A DNA stretch of 39,185 nt, filler included, from Vannella sp. (lineage: Eukaryota): NCBI GenBank assembly GCA_023345925.1. It is 4 parts of 4 records of this genome, joined end to end, with 100 filler letters (N's around TTAATTAATTAA, not from the genome) between each part and the next. Parts side by side here need not be neighbours in the genome. Positions count along the whole stretch, not along the records: positions 12,138 to 22,335 come from JAJQQN010000318.1; positions 22,436 to 28,584 come from JAJQQN010001025.1; positions 28,685 to 39,185 come from JAJQQN010000505.1; 1 more part is not named here. One strand, given 5' to 3'. The notes under the pieces are model-generated. The model was not told where the DNA came from. It did not search any database and saw only the letters and a program-made list of their open reading frames with translations. This document shows, one piece after another, positions 21,503-32,240 of the stretch; within the stretch, counting starts at the first letter, position 1; each line of letters opens with the position of its first letter. A program made the translations under genes and the position numbers.

Positions 21503-22267
21503 TTACCAGGCCTCAGCGTCGTCCTCATCCGGTGGGAGGGGCATGGCAGCAGCTTGCGCAAGCTCTTGATCGTACTTGGCTTGTTGCTCCAAGTCAATGT
21601 TACCCTCAGAGGGGAAGAGGGCGATGGTGCCAGTGAAAGAAAGGTTGGGTTGAGCAGTAACCTTGCGAGCCAAGTAGAGGAAGGGCTTGTCGTAGTTGTA
21701 GTTAGTCTTGGCTGAGATATCGTAGTACTGGAGGTTCTTCTTGCGGTGGAAAGTGATCTGCTTGGGCTTCACCTTGCGATCCTTCTCATCGACCTTGTTG
21801 CCGCACAATACAACGGGAATACCCTCGCAGACACGAACAAGATCACGGTACCAGTTAGGGACGTTCTTGTAGGACTGGCGGGAAGTCACGTCGAACATGA
21901 TGATGGCGCATTTGCCTTGGATGTAATAGCCATCACGGAGACCTCCGAATTTCTCCTGACCAGCAGTGTCCCAGCAGCTGAAGCAGATCTCACCATAGTT
22001 GGTGTTGAACTTGAGAGGATGAACCTCCACACCGATGGTAGCGAGGTACTTGCGCTCGAACTCACCAGTCCTGTGTCGTTTCACGAAGGTCTATCGATCG
22101 ATTAATGAAATGAGCCCGAGTGGACAGGGGCGAACGAGGCAATATCTCACCGTCTTGCCAACACCGCCGTCTCCAACAAGAACAAGCTTGAAAGTAAGAT
22201 CAGGAGTCGCCTGCAACAGCTACGTAAGAACCACTACACAGGTCCAACAGCGTGAAGTTGTTACCAT
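21503..22267 (-). CDS. RAN: Ran GTPase
   Basis: Exons 22265-22267 (ATG only), 22151-22210 and 21503-22090. [41 protein letters not shown] and acidic tail PDEDD. Confidence 0.97.
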
Positions 22268-22335
22268 CGAGAAACCACGGGAAAGTGAGAAGTTTTGGTC
22301 TGGTTTTCAATAAGAGGCGGGAAATCAGGTTCGCT

Positions 22336-22435
22336 NNNNNNNNNNNNNNNNNNNNNNNNNNNNNNNNNNNNNNNNNNNNTTAATTAATTAANNNNNNNNN
22401 NNNNNNNNNNNNNNNNNNNNNNNNNNNNNNNNNNN
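22336..22435. other. Artificial contig linker
   Basis: N run + TTAATTAATTAA + N run, 100 nt. Confidence 0.98.
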
Positions 22436-22461
22436 GGTTATGTAAGCGGGTGAATCTGAAG

Positions 22462-22539
22462 CGGGCTTCGTGAAATTGGGGCTCCCCCACTCGGACTGGG
22501 GGGATTCTGGGGGGACTTGCCCCCAGTTCCCGAAGCCCG
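22462..22539. mobile_element. Putative MITE (78 bp) with terminal inverted repeats and an 8-bp target-site duplication
   Basis: Left end CGGGCTTCGTGAAATTGGGG and right end CCCCAGTTCCCGAAGCCCG (outer 9 bp perfect, ~19 bp imperfect). Flanked exactly by ATCTGAAG at 22454-22461 and 22540-22547. Confidence 0.65.
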
Positions 22540-22661
22540 ATCTGAAGTCCTTCTTTTTCCTTCTTTGAACAGATCGGATTTTGCCGATCATAATGGTGTG
22601 GTAATTATGTTGAGGCGATTGACCTTCTGAGACCTTCCCGAACGAACTTATTCTTTGCGAG

Positions 22662-23759
22662 ATGGCAACGATCAAAGACGGAAAGGGAACTTTTGCACTT
22701 GCTGCATTCAACAAGGAAGCTCGCTTGGCCCTGCATGAGTTTGGGCGTCCCGCTCCTGGTGCGGACGATGTGGCGATTGAGATCCACTTTTGTGGAATGT
22801 GCCATTCTGACCTGCATATCTGCAATGGAGATTGGGGCTTTGGCTCCTTCCCTATCACTCCTGGTCATGAGATAGCGGGAGTTGTCTCTTCTCTTGGAGC
22901 TCAAGTTACCTCCTTGAAGGTTGGACAACGAGTAGCGGTTGGCTGCTTCGTTGAAAGCTGCAAGAAGGATGATTGCTTGGAGTGCAGCCGTGGTCAAGAG
23001 CACCTCTGCAGCCAGATCATCCAAACCTACTCCTCCCCTTTCCCCTCCTTTGGCAACCACCCTGAGGCGGAAGGCTACCACACCAACGGAGGCTACTCTA
23101 CTGCTATCACTGTGAACCAGCGCTTCGTCTACGCTGTACCCGACAACATGAAGCTGGAGGTGGCTGGCCCTCTGCTTTGCTCAGGGATCACGATGTACTC
23201 ACCCCTCAACCGCCATGTGAAGGGAAAGAAGAACCAACGAGTCGGTATCGTCGGCTTTGGAGGACTTGGCCATGTGGGTGTCAAGATCGCCAAGGCGATG
23301 GGCGCAGAAGTCGTCGTATTCTCTCGATCCAACGAGAAGGAGCAAGAAGCCAAGGATCTTGGTGCTGGTATCCTTGTTCACAGCGATCTGGAAGCTCTCA
23401 AGGCAGCCAGTCGCCACTTCGACGTGATCCTCGACACCGTCTCTGCGTCACATCCGGTTGAGCCTCTTATCACTACTCTTAAGCCAGGTGGTAGCTACGT
23501 CTTGATTGGAGCGTTCCCTGCGCCCGTGTCTGTCTCCACGTTCATCTTGCTGATGAACAACTACAAGATTGAAGGCTCTCTCGTGGGCGGAGTCCCTGAG
23601 ACTGCTGAGATGCTCCAGTTCTGCGCTGAACACAACATCGAACCCGTCTACGACGTTATCCATGCCAAGGACGCTGACGAGCACTTCCGCAAGCTGGAAG
23701 AGGGCAAAGTTGGCGCTCGCCGTGCTGTGATCGACGTCGCCACCATCAAGGACCTCTAG
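22662..23759 (+). CDS. NAD(P)-dependent Zn alcohol dehydrogenase, cinnamyl-ADH/YahK-like family, intronless
   Basis: CGMCHSDLH, PGHEIAG, VGCFVESC..C..C..E.LC, GGYS, GPLLCSGITMYSPL, GFGGLGH, GSLVGG..ET.EML.FC. Confidence 0.93.
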   Translation: MATIKDGKGTFALAAFNKEARLALHEFGRPAPGADDVAIEIHFCGMCHSDLHICNGDWGFGSFPITPGHEIAGVVSSLGAQVTSLKVGQRVAVGCFVESCKKDDCLECSRGQEHLCSQIIQTYSSPFPSFGNHPEAEGYHTNGGYSTAITVNQRFVYAVPDNMKLEVAGPLLCSGITMYSPLNRHVKGKKNQRVGIVGFGGLGHVGVKIAKAMGAEVVVFSRSNEKEQEAKDLGAGILVHSDLEALKAASRHFDVILDTVSASHPVEPLITTLKPGGSYVLIGAFPAPVSVSTFILLMNNYKIEGSLVGGVPETAEMLQFCAEHNIEPVYDVIHAKDADEHFRKLEEGKVGARRAVIDVATIKDL

Positions 23760-23921
23760 ACGTGGCTCTCTACTAAACACCCTTCAAGAAGGTCTCTCTA
23801 CACTCCCAGGACTGAGGAAGTCCTCAACAGCTTCTCCCTCAAAGTCTCCACACGTCGTGCCGCACGATCACTTATGAAGGTTGTTGCTTGTACGTGGACG
23901 GGAAGCCATTTGGTTGAGAGG

Positions 23922-26900
23922 ATGCCGAAAGACATCACCTCTTACTTTGCTGCGTCTCCGAAGGGGCCGCCTGGTGTTGGGGAGAAGCGGAGTCGCTTCT
24001 TCTTTGGGAGTAAAGCTGCTCCTCCTTCTCCTTCTCCTCCTCAGAAGAGGCAGAGGGCTGGGGAAGAAGGCGTACGTCTTGAAGAGGAGATTCGCAACGA
24101 CGAGGACTTTGAAGAGGTCCCTAAACCTGTAAAGCAGGCTTCAGGTTCATTTCCTTCTCCTTCTATGACGAAGGATCGTCTGAAGGGCTTCTCTCACACT
24201 CCCAAGGTCTCATCTTCACCCTTCCGCGCTAACTCTACCGAGAAGAGCGCTTCGCCAGCCAAACCTCTCGTTATCAAGCAAGCCGACATCCGGAAACCAA
24301 TCAAGTACACACCCCTTGAGCAACAAGTCGTAGAACTCTGGAAAGAGCACCCTGGCGTCCTTCTGGCAGTAGAAGTGGGCTACAAGATGACCTTCTTCGG
24401 CGAGGACGCCGTCAAAGCATCCCAAGTCCTCAACTTTGTCCTCATTCCTAAGAGAGGAAGCTCCAACTTCGCACACTGCTCTCTCCCCGTTGTTACCTTG
24501 CATATCCACCTCCACAGACTCGTTCACGCTGGCCTGAAGGTGGGAGTAGTCCTCCAGACAGAGACTCGGGCCTTGAAGAAAGCAGGAAGCAACAAGAGTG
24601 CACCCTTTGAGCGTAGACTCGCTCAGATCTACACGAAAGGCACTTTCATCTCGCCCAAGATCGATGCAGTTGCTGACAGTCCGTCTGAGGATCAAAAGAA
24701 GACTGGTTCAGCTGATTCTGGCTTCATTGTGGCTGTCTGGGAGGACTGCAAGTCCACCACGACCCCAAAATCGGCCCGGTTTGGTCTATTGGCAGTGAAT
24801 GTGTGTACTGGAGCTATCCAGTTCGACCAATTCGAGGATGAAGGGTCGCGAGGGGAGTTGGAGAACCGTTTAGCAACTATTCGACCAACTGAGTTGATCA
24901 TACCCCCTTCAGATGAACTTTCTGAGCAAACAGAATCTCTCTTGAGTTACTATTTCCGGTCTCACACGCACTCAATCACCCGAACAGAGAGACGAAGTAA
25001 CTTTGATACGGAATTGGGGGAATCTGGGGGTTCAGAAGGTGCAGAAGAGGTTGAAATAGATGCTGACGCTGCCTACACCTTCGAATATAACGAAGTCCGG
25101 ATTGAAAGAGCTCCTTTTGAAGAGAAAGACACCCAGAATGCCTTGGAGCAGTTCTATTTGGACGATTTAGTGGCCGTTTCGGAGCGATTCCCAGCTTTGG
25201 TGGTTCGGTGCATTGGACAAATGATTCTTTATCTTCGCACGTTTGAATTAGATGGCCTTTTGAAGCTATTGGATAACTTTGTACCGCTCTTGCAAGCAAA
25301 TTTAGTTGTTTTAGACAAATGCACTTTGGAGCAATTGGAGGTCTTGGAAAGCGCCGAAGGAAATAAGAAAGCAAATCTCTTTTGGCTTCTCAACCTTACA
25401 AAGACCAGTTTTGGTTCCCGGCAAATGCGTTCTTGGATCCTACATCCCATGAAGCTGAAGGTCTCTATTGATGAACGCCTGGACGCTGTGGAAGAGCTCG
25501 TTATTATTGGGAGAGAATTACTGGAGGGCTTGCTGACTGGCTTACCAGATTTAGAACGAGGCATTTGCCGTTTGTTCCATCACAAATGCGAGCCAAAGGA
25601 GTTTATCAACATTATGCAATGCTTTTTGAGGGTCTTTGGCAAGCTCACAGGGCTACAAGAAGTCCCATTCAAAGCATCTTTACTCAGTCGTACCGTGAAG
25701 CAGATTCCTGATCTTTCTGAACTGATAAGTTCATGGTTGGCTTGTCTCTCGAGTGACGCTGCAAACGCTGGGAAGATGGGAGAGCTATTTCAAATCGGTC
25801 ATCTTTCTGAAGATCCTTATCCTGACATAACCTTGACGAATGCAGACATTAGTGCCGTCGAGAAGAAGCTGGACGATACCTTAGTTAGCATTCGTCAGGA
25901 TATGGGACTCCCGAGGCTGAAATACTCTTCAGTTGCTCATGACGAGTATCTTATTGAACTGACACACAAGCAGGCAGCCACTGTTCCTGCAGAATGGATT
26001 GTCATTAACAAGACAAAAGCTGTCAAGCGGTTCCACACTCCTCGTATCACCCAACAATACCAACTTTTGGTGCGTTTTGGGTCTCTTATGCGGATCTCCA
26101 TCTAATTTCAGAGACAGTGTCAACACAGAGAGCGTCTTGATGAGGCCTTGAAACAGGCTTGGAAACGCTTTGTGGAGCAGGCAAAAGGATATTACTACGA
26201 TCTCCGCAAAGTAGTCGTTAGTTTGGGAGTTTTGGATTGCCTCCTTGCGTTGTCTATCCGAGCTGGGCAATCTTCTTATGTCCGACCAATTATTCGCAGT
26301 GAAGCGGAAGAAATTGTTGATTCTAGCATCTCCATCAAACAGGGGAGACACCCAATTGTGGAGACCTTTGTTGGATCAAATAGCTTTGTTCCAAATGACA
26401 CTGATTTGGTCGGCCAACAGCGCTGCATTATGCTCACTGGTCCTAACATGGGAGGGAAATCGTGCTATATGAAACAAGTAGCCCTCATTGTCCTTCTGGC
26501 TCAAATTGGCTCCTTTGTTCCTGCTCAAAGTGCTGAAATCAGTCCCGTTGACCGAATAATGGTTCGGATGGGTGCTCAAGATTCGATGGAGCAAGGCAAA
26601 AGTACTTTCTTTCTTGAGATGCATGAGACAGCGGAGATTTTGCGCCATGCTACAGCCAGATCTCTTGTCCTTATTGACGAATTGGGTCGGGGAACTTCCA
26701 CTCATGACGGCGTCGCGATTGCAGATGCGACTCTGCGTTATCTCTTGGACAGGTCCAAATGCTTTACTCTCTTTGTCACTCATTACCACTTGCTTTGCCA
26801 GACTGCTTCTCAATATCCGCGGGAGTCAACGTGTTATCACATGGGATTCTTTGAGAATGAGGGGGAGGACGCCGGTTTAGATGAGTTTGCAATCACTTTC

Positions 26901-27179
26901 TTGTATCAATTGACAAAGGGGATGGCTTCTCAAAGCTTTGGATTGAATGTGGCCCGACTTGCGCGAATTCCTGAATCAGTCATTCATCGAGCAGCCGAAA
27001 TGAGCCACTCTCTTGCTCTATCAATGCATTTGGTGGACACGAGTAGCGCAAATGACAACCAAAACACGATTCTCAACACACTCCAGTCTCATAGATTGGG
27101 TCAAACAGACCAGGTGGAGACACTGGACGCCTTATCGAGGATATGGAGGATCCTTTCCCCGGTTCTCCAAAAGCAATAG
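23922..27179 (+). CDS. MSH3: DNA mismatch repair protein MSH3 (one intron, ~26070-26111)
   Basis: MSH3-type domain I KYTPLEQQV...VEVGYKMTFFGEDA and ALKKAGSNKSAPFERRL. ATPase TGPNMGGKS, STFFLEM, DELGRGTST and FVTHY. Confidence 0.93.
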
Positions 27180-27256
27180 ACTCTCCACATGATACTGACA
27201 GACCACGTCCTCGGTTGGCTAATCTCCCACCATCACGAATGAAGTTTCTACAAGTT

Positions 27257-27811
27257 TTAGAACCCTCCCCCACTCTTATCCATTTGTTGGGATGCCCTTG
27301 GGCCTCCACACGCTCCTCCCTTGAAGGGGCCTTTCTCGTGGAAGGCGCCGAAGAAGGGCTTTGTGGATCGGCGTTGCGGGCTTGAAGCGTTTAATCCCTT
27401 CTGGACAAGAAGAGAAGGTGAGTGAGTGAATGACATGATCCAGCACGGTAGATGAAGGACTCTGAGAGTGGCTTCCAAAGGGGGTTGCTCTTGTTGAGGG
27501 ATCCTCATGCCTGTCCGCGCTGCCGAAGTTTGTATCTCTATGGATGGGTGCCGTGAGCTCATCTTTCTTCTTTACCTTACAGCAGGATTAAGTCTTTGGA
27601 TCGTTCCTTCAAGTTCCGAGCGAAACTGGGTGCGCATCTGCAAATGCAGCGCAGGTCTCGCTTCTTCTGGAGCTCTTGAAACGCCTCATTGCACCATCAA
27701 GATCGTAACTCGGTAAATGATCCTCATCTCAATGAGTCCACGTCTCGTTGCAAAAGCCATCTCCAAAGCCTCAGCAGGCTCCAAATACTTTTTCTGGCGT
27801 TGAAGAACCAT
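27257..27811 (-). CDS. Small spliced hypothetical protein; structure uncertain
   Basis: ATG at 27811 follows an AT-rich leader. Candidate introns at 27685-27741 and from ~27575/27580 to 27538. No recognisable domain. Confidence 0.3.
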
Positions 27812-28362
27812 GAATGATGAATTGATTTTAATTAAAATTCATCATTCTAATTCCTTTTTCTTCGTTCAATTGAGCAAGGGAAGGGGAAAGGCACTTTTTG
27901 TGTTGTCGTTGTCTCACCAATGATCCGTGATGCTTGGTGTACCCCTTTTGGTAGCTCGGGCTTGGATGAAAGTGGTTGTAGAGGTCACTAAACCTTGATT
28001 CGTGAGGATCAGAGTCGTCATTGATCCTTCTTCGAGAAGGACCTTTGAATAACCCGTTAAATCAACGACTTGTTTGAAGGTGGAAGAACCAATACGCCTC
28101 ATGGAAGGAGCAGGTAGTTCAGTGAATGTAACTCGTAAGTTAGAGATGAGAGTTCCAACTAAGCATCTTAACCTCCTCGCCTTCTCTTTCAGCTTCGTGT
28201 TCGTATACTTGTGAGTGTGACTCATTCTCTCAAGGCAATAATAACGGAGCCGCTAAGACTACCAAACCAAACCGAAGAACAGCCCCGCATTGAGAGAGGT
28301 GCGCTGCTCGGAAGGCCAAAAGAAAAAGGAGTAAGGGGAGAGGCACGCTTTTGCCAAAAGAT

Positions 28363-28546
28363 GGATTAGGACAACCAACGCAAACACGAGTTCTCTCAGA
28401 GTCCGAGATCTTTACATGAACGAACGGCACAGGGTAGCGCATCCGATCCCATAGCTCCACTATCTCCTTGAAAGATCGCAAGGAGGATCAAAAGAAGCTA
28501 GAAGCGGTCACCAGGATAAGGACAACCGACGCAAACACGAGTTCTC
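28363..28546. repeat. 33-bp direct repeat pair (2 mismatches), 151-bp period
   Basis: GGATTAGGACAACCAACGCAAACACGAGTTCTC (28363-28395) and GGATAAGGACAACCGACGCAAACACGAGTTCTC (28514-28546). Confidence 0.85.
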
Positions 28547-28584
28547 AATCCTCTTCTCCTTTTCTCCTTCCTGGTTTGCTTTTG

Positions 28585-28684
28585 NNNNNNNNNNNNNNNN
28601 NNNNNNNNNNNNNNNNNNNNNNNNNNNNTTAATTAATTAANNNNNNNNNNNNNNNNNNNNNNNNNNNNNNNNNNNNNNNNNNNN
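28585..28684. other. Artificial contig linker
   Basis: N run + TTAATTAATTAA + N run, 100 nt. Confidence 0.98.
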
Positions 28685-28991
28685 CCATTCCTCTCTTTGA
28701 TTGACGCAACTTGCATACATGGGGGAACAACCGAACGAGAGGACTGTCCTTCCATTGGGTTAAGGGATAAGTTGTTTTCAGGAGATGTGACCTTGCTTGC
28801 GTCCCTGTGGGCCACGGGGTCTAGCAGGAAGGGATAGCGAAAAGCGAGGCCTTGAGAAGTGATCTAGCGACTTTGATTTTTGTTGTGAGAAGATGAATTG
28901 CTCCTCCAAAAATTTTCGAGCCGCACTTTGAAGTTAAGTGATAGATTTGGCCTCCTGCCCCAACCTCATTTTGCCTCTCTCCTCCCGTCAT

Positions 28992-29657
28992 TATGGGTGT
29001 TTCTTACTTCGAGGCTTCGCTGTGGAAGATGAGGCTACAGTTTCCTTACCTGACGCTAAAGGTCGCGCGTTTGATCCGAAAATGGAGTCAAAGAAAGTTT
29101 CTCCTTTCAGACAGGTGAGGAAAGATAGGGCCCTTGAGAACTCTCACCATAGATAGCTATCCCTCCGAGACATCTCCAGTTATGGAATGGACTACACTGC
29201 GCTGCCGAAGAGTTGCGAAAAATCAGAAGGTAAGCCAGTGGATTGAGGGGCACGATGTGGTGGTGTGCTTCCGAATGAGCTTCAATTGTTGTTCGGCCCT
29301 GTTTGTAGATTACAAGTATCCTAACCTCCTTTCTCGTGTCACCAGTGGATGAGAGATTCTTGAAGGGTTGGTTTGGTAGCTCAAGTTTAGGCTCCTGTGA
29401 TATCTCCACCAAGAGAGATGGATAGCTCTACCAACGCAATGGACTCTCGATGGTCCCAACGCATCCTCAACGTTCTCTCTATCTTGAGATCTTTTTGGTC
29501 TGCGTCAAACGGGATTGTAGTAAAGGCCAGAAGGACTCAAAAACAGTGTATTTACTGTCAAACTCTGGTAGAAGTGAGAGTTGAGGTGACTGTAGAAGCG
29601 ATTCTTCAATTGGAAAGAGCAGAAGGAATGGAGATAGGTTTGAAAACTGCCAAGTAA
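28992..29657 (+). CDS. Possible spliced hypothetical gene, unresolved
   Basis: Strong donors GTGAGG (~29114) and GTAAGC (~29230) with matching TAG acceptors, but I could not fix a unique reading frame. Confidence 0.25.
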
Positions 29658-29738
29658 AGCATATCACACTCTTGAAACCGAGACTGGCGGATGGAATTTG
29701 GTTTATACAGTGGATAGGATCAGCTTTCCCAATAAAGC

Positions 29739-30296
29739 TTAAAGAAGGGCACAAGCAGACTTTTTGCTCGGTTTGGTGGGGAGCTTCGAGTTGGTGTTCT
29801 TCCGAATCTCTCGAACCAATTCGTAAAAAGTTTCCTCCACATTGACACGAAGACGAGCAGATGCTTCAATGTGTGGGCAACCAAAGGATTTAGCGAGACT
29901 CTGTCCCTCTTCGAGGGTGACTTCGCGACTTTCTTCTAAATCGCTCTTGTTGCCCACTAGGATCATGGGCACCTCGTCAGAGTCCTTCGCTCGAAGCATC
30001 TGGTCTCTAAACTCCGCAATCTCTGCGAAAGAGTTGCGAGAATTGATGGCATAGACGCAAAGGAAGCCTTGGCCGGTCCTCATGTAGGAATCCCGCATGG
30101 CAGAGTATTCTTCCTGCCCTGCAGTATCAAGAATATCGAGCAAGCAGGCTTCGTTGTCCAAGACGGTCTGTTTGCGGTAGGAATCCTCAATGGTGGGGTC
30201 GTACTCTTCGATGAAGTGGTTTTGAATGAACATGATCGTCAACGCAGACTTGCCGACTCCTCCTCCTCCGACAATAACAAGCTTGTACTCGGTCAT
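29739..30296 (-). CDS. ras: Ras family GTPase (RasG/RasD-like), intronless
   Basis: [20 protein letters not shown], effector loop [21 protein letters not shown] and CaaX box CALL. Confidence 0.96.
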   Translation of the reverse strand: MTEYKLVIVGGGGVGKSALTIMFIQNHFIEEYDPTIEDSYRKQTVLDNEACLLDILDTAGQEEYSAMRDSYMRTGQGFLCVYAINSRNSFAEIAEFRDQMLRAKDSDEVPMILVGNKSDLEESREVTLEEGQSLAKSFGCPHIEASARLRVNVEETFYELVREIRKNTNSKLPTKPSKKSACALL

Positions 30297-30501
30297 GTTG
30301 TTCTAATAGTGAAAAGCTGCTCCGCAGAAGCCCTTTAACTGGGCCGTGGATCCAAACCTGAAGCCCTTCGCTGAAGTGGCAGCTTTCCTGAGGTTCCCTA
30401 TTTTTAGAGCTTCCCACAACGAAACGATTCTTTCCACAATCAAATTCAGATCAAAAGAGCGACTTGGGAGATGTTTGTCATTCAGACTGGAGAGGGCCGC
30501 G

Positions 30502-31875
30502 ATGAGCAACGTGGAAGCGGCCAACCCGATGGACGGGCAAAAGAAGCGCTACGGGGAGCGCCTTTACGAGAAGAACTCGGAAGGAAAGTATCGTTGCTTC
30601 TTCTGTAACAAGGAGCTGCGTGCCAACTTCTCTCGCCACATCTCTCGGCATGAGATGGACGGGGATGCCGTCAACGAGGAGCTGCGCCACGCCATCCTCC
30701 AAGGCCTTCCATTACCTGCCCCTGCCTCCAACGTGTACGACAGTAACTATGTCCCTTCTACCAGTCTCGGGAAGAGGCCGGGAATGGGGGGTATGACGGG
30801 GTCGAGCAGCCGCACACAACTGGAACAGCAGTTCTACCAGCTTGTCTTTGATGTGTCGCTTCACTGTCACCCTGATCTTCGGTATACACCGCTCGCTCGC
30901 AAGTTCCTAGCCCTAGTGGAGGACCAAATCGTGTCGCCCCTCCACACCACTTTGGATAGCTTCTACAACGGCGCCTACAGCATCGGGGAGAAGCTAGTCT
31001 CCTCCCGAGGAAGTCACCCTCAAGATTTGGGAGACATGAAGGTACTCTTGGACCTCTTCCACCGCTCCTACCGGCTGGAACTCTGTAAAGGGCGTCTGGA
31101 CCAAGGAGTGTACGGGCAAAAGTGCTCCTTGTGCCTGGGAGAGCCTTTATCTTCAGAGTTACAATTACCTTGCTCCGGGAAGTGTCTGAGAACCTTCCAT
31201 CTATCATGTGCGATCAAATCAGTACGTTTTACACCATTTCCTCTTTTCTTGTGCTTCGAGTCACTCACTCTCCTCGAAGGAGAACGTTCACGTCACTCAG
31301 ATATCCACACTTTCATCGGGATACTCGTGTTATTGTAGTGATTGTGCCAAAGGCCGCCAAGTACTGCGAAGGGACCCGCAAAGGAGACAATATTTCTTTG
31401 TGGACTTTGTTCCCTACGATCCCTCGGAGGCCAGCGAGGCTCCTGAGCCACTTCTAATCTCCAAGGACTCTATCTCCAAAGGCATGGAGGTCAAGAAAGG
31501 AGCTGGGATTGAACTAACACTGACTTCGTCCGTGGAGACGGTCGAGGGAACCCCTAATGGACAAGGGATGGGCGTCCCTGTCTCTGCTCCACCGGCTGTG
31601 AAACGGAAATTGAATGAGGTAAGTGATAAAGGAGTCGAGTGCGCGGGGTCAGGGTCTGACCAAGTGTCCCACAGGAGGATAACAAACACAAGGATGAGAT
31701 GTGGTTCGATCCATTTTGGTGTGTGTGGCGCTACACAACCAGCCACGCCTCTTCAGCAAGGTCTCAACGGCAAGCTGATGAAATAAGCTGTTACGAGCTC
31801 TCTGATGACTCCACTGACACAGAAGAACCTGAGATCCCCCATTCTCACCCATCCGGCCAAGTTTTTCCCTTCTGA
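30502..31875 (+). CDS. C2H2 zinc finger plus PHD finger protein (introns 31222-31279 and 31619-31674)
   Basis: YRCFFC...FSRHISRH gives the C2H2. CSLC...CSGKCLRTFHLSC...YCSDC completes a C4HC3 pattern across the first intron. NLS-like VKRKL; stop at 31873-31875. Confidence 0.72.
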
Positions 31876-32240
31876 AGTCCTCCCTTCCTCCCCTTCTGCT
31901 TCTGATGTCCCATGCAATGGACAATGACGCCCCTCCTTTCAAATAGGGTATTGGAGGGGCACCCAGCCTCCCACTGCACCAAAAGGTCCCCAACCTCCTC
32001 AAGCGGGGGGCAGATAAAATGCACAAGGAAATGATCAAGGATGGGTAAACAAGATTCTTCAAGATTCATTTTTTAATCCTCAAAAGAAAGAATCAGCTTT
32101 TATTGATGAACTTTTTGCGAGCGCCGCTCTCGCTCGTCCCTGCTCTCTTCCGTTGTTCGGTGGGTGTCTGAGAGAGAGAGCTTGGGGAGTGTGGAAGAAT
32201 ACTTATTGGTGTGGTGGAGTAGAGTAGTAAGCAGTGCAAT

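Noticed and set aside
20325..23759. Two alcohol dehydrogenases flanking Ran as a cluster
   Set aside because: They are separated by a contig linker and belong to different MDR subfamilies.
27575..27584. CCTTACAGCA resembling the dictyostelid Class I RNA motif
   Set aside because: It is the reverse complement of a likely splice donor region, and the enclosing terminal stem is not evident.
27686..27688. In-frame TGA as possible selenocysteine or readthrough
   Set aside because: A 57-nt GT-AG intron (27685-27741) removes it more simply. I saw no redox motif in that frame and no SECIS.
12470..28546. Argonaute, hairpin element, MSH3 and direct repeats as one linked defence system
   Set aside because: They lie on different contigs. 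Argonaute's real neighbours are MON2 and a gene fragment, and eukaryotic gene order here gives no operon evidence.
28363..28546. CRISPR array
   Set aside because: Only two repeat copies with a 118-bp spacer, no cas genes, and a eukaryotic context.
12038..28684. Three identical TTAATTAATTAA motifs within N runs as a repeat family
   Set aside because: These are artificial six-frame-stop linkers between contigs.
31700..31715. GGTTCGATCC as a tRNA T-loop
   Set aside because: No T-stem or cloverleaf pairing; it lies in the last coding exon (EMWFDP).
31924..31965. SECIS element (ATGA-stem-AAA loop)
   Set aside because: The 3' arm lacks the GA needed for the non-Watson-Crick quartet, and the upstream gene has no candidate Sec codon in a redox motif.
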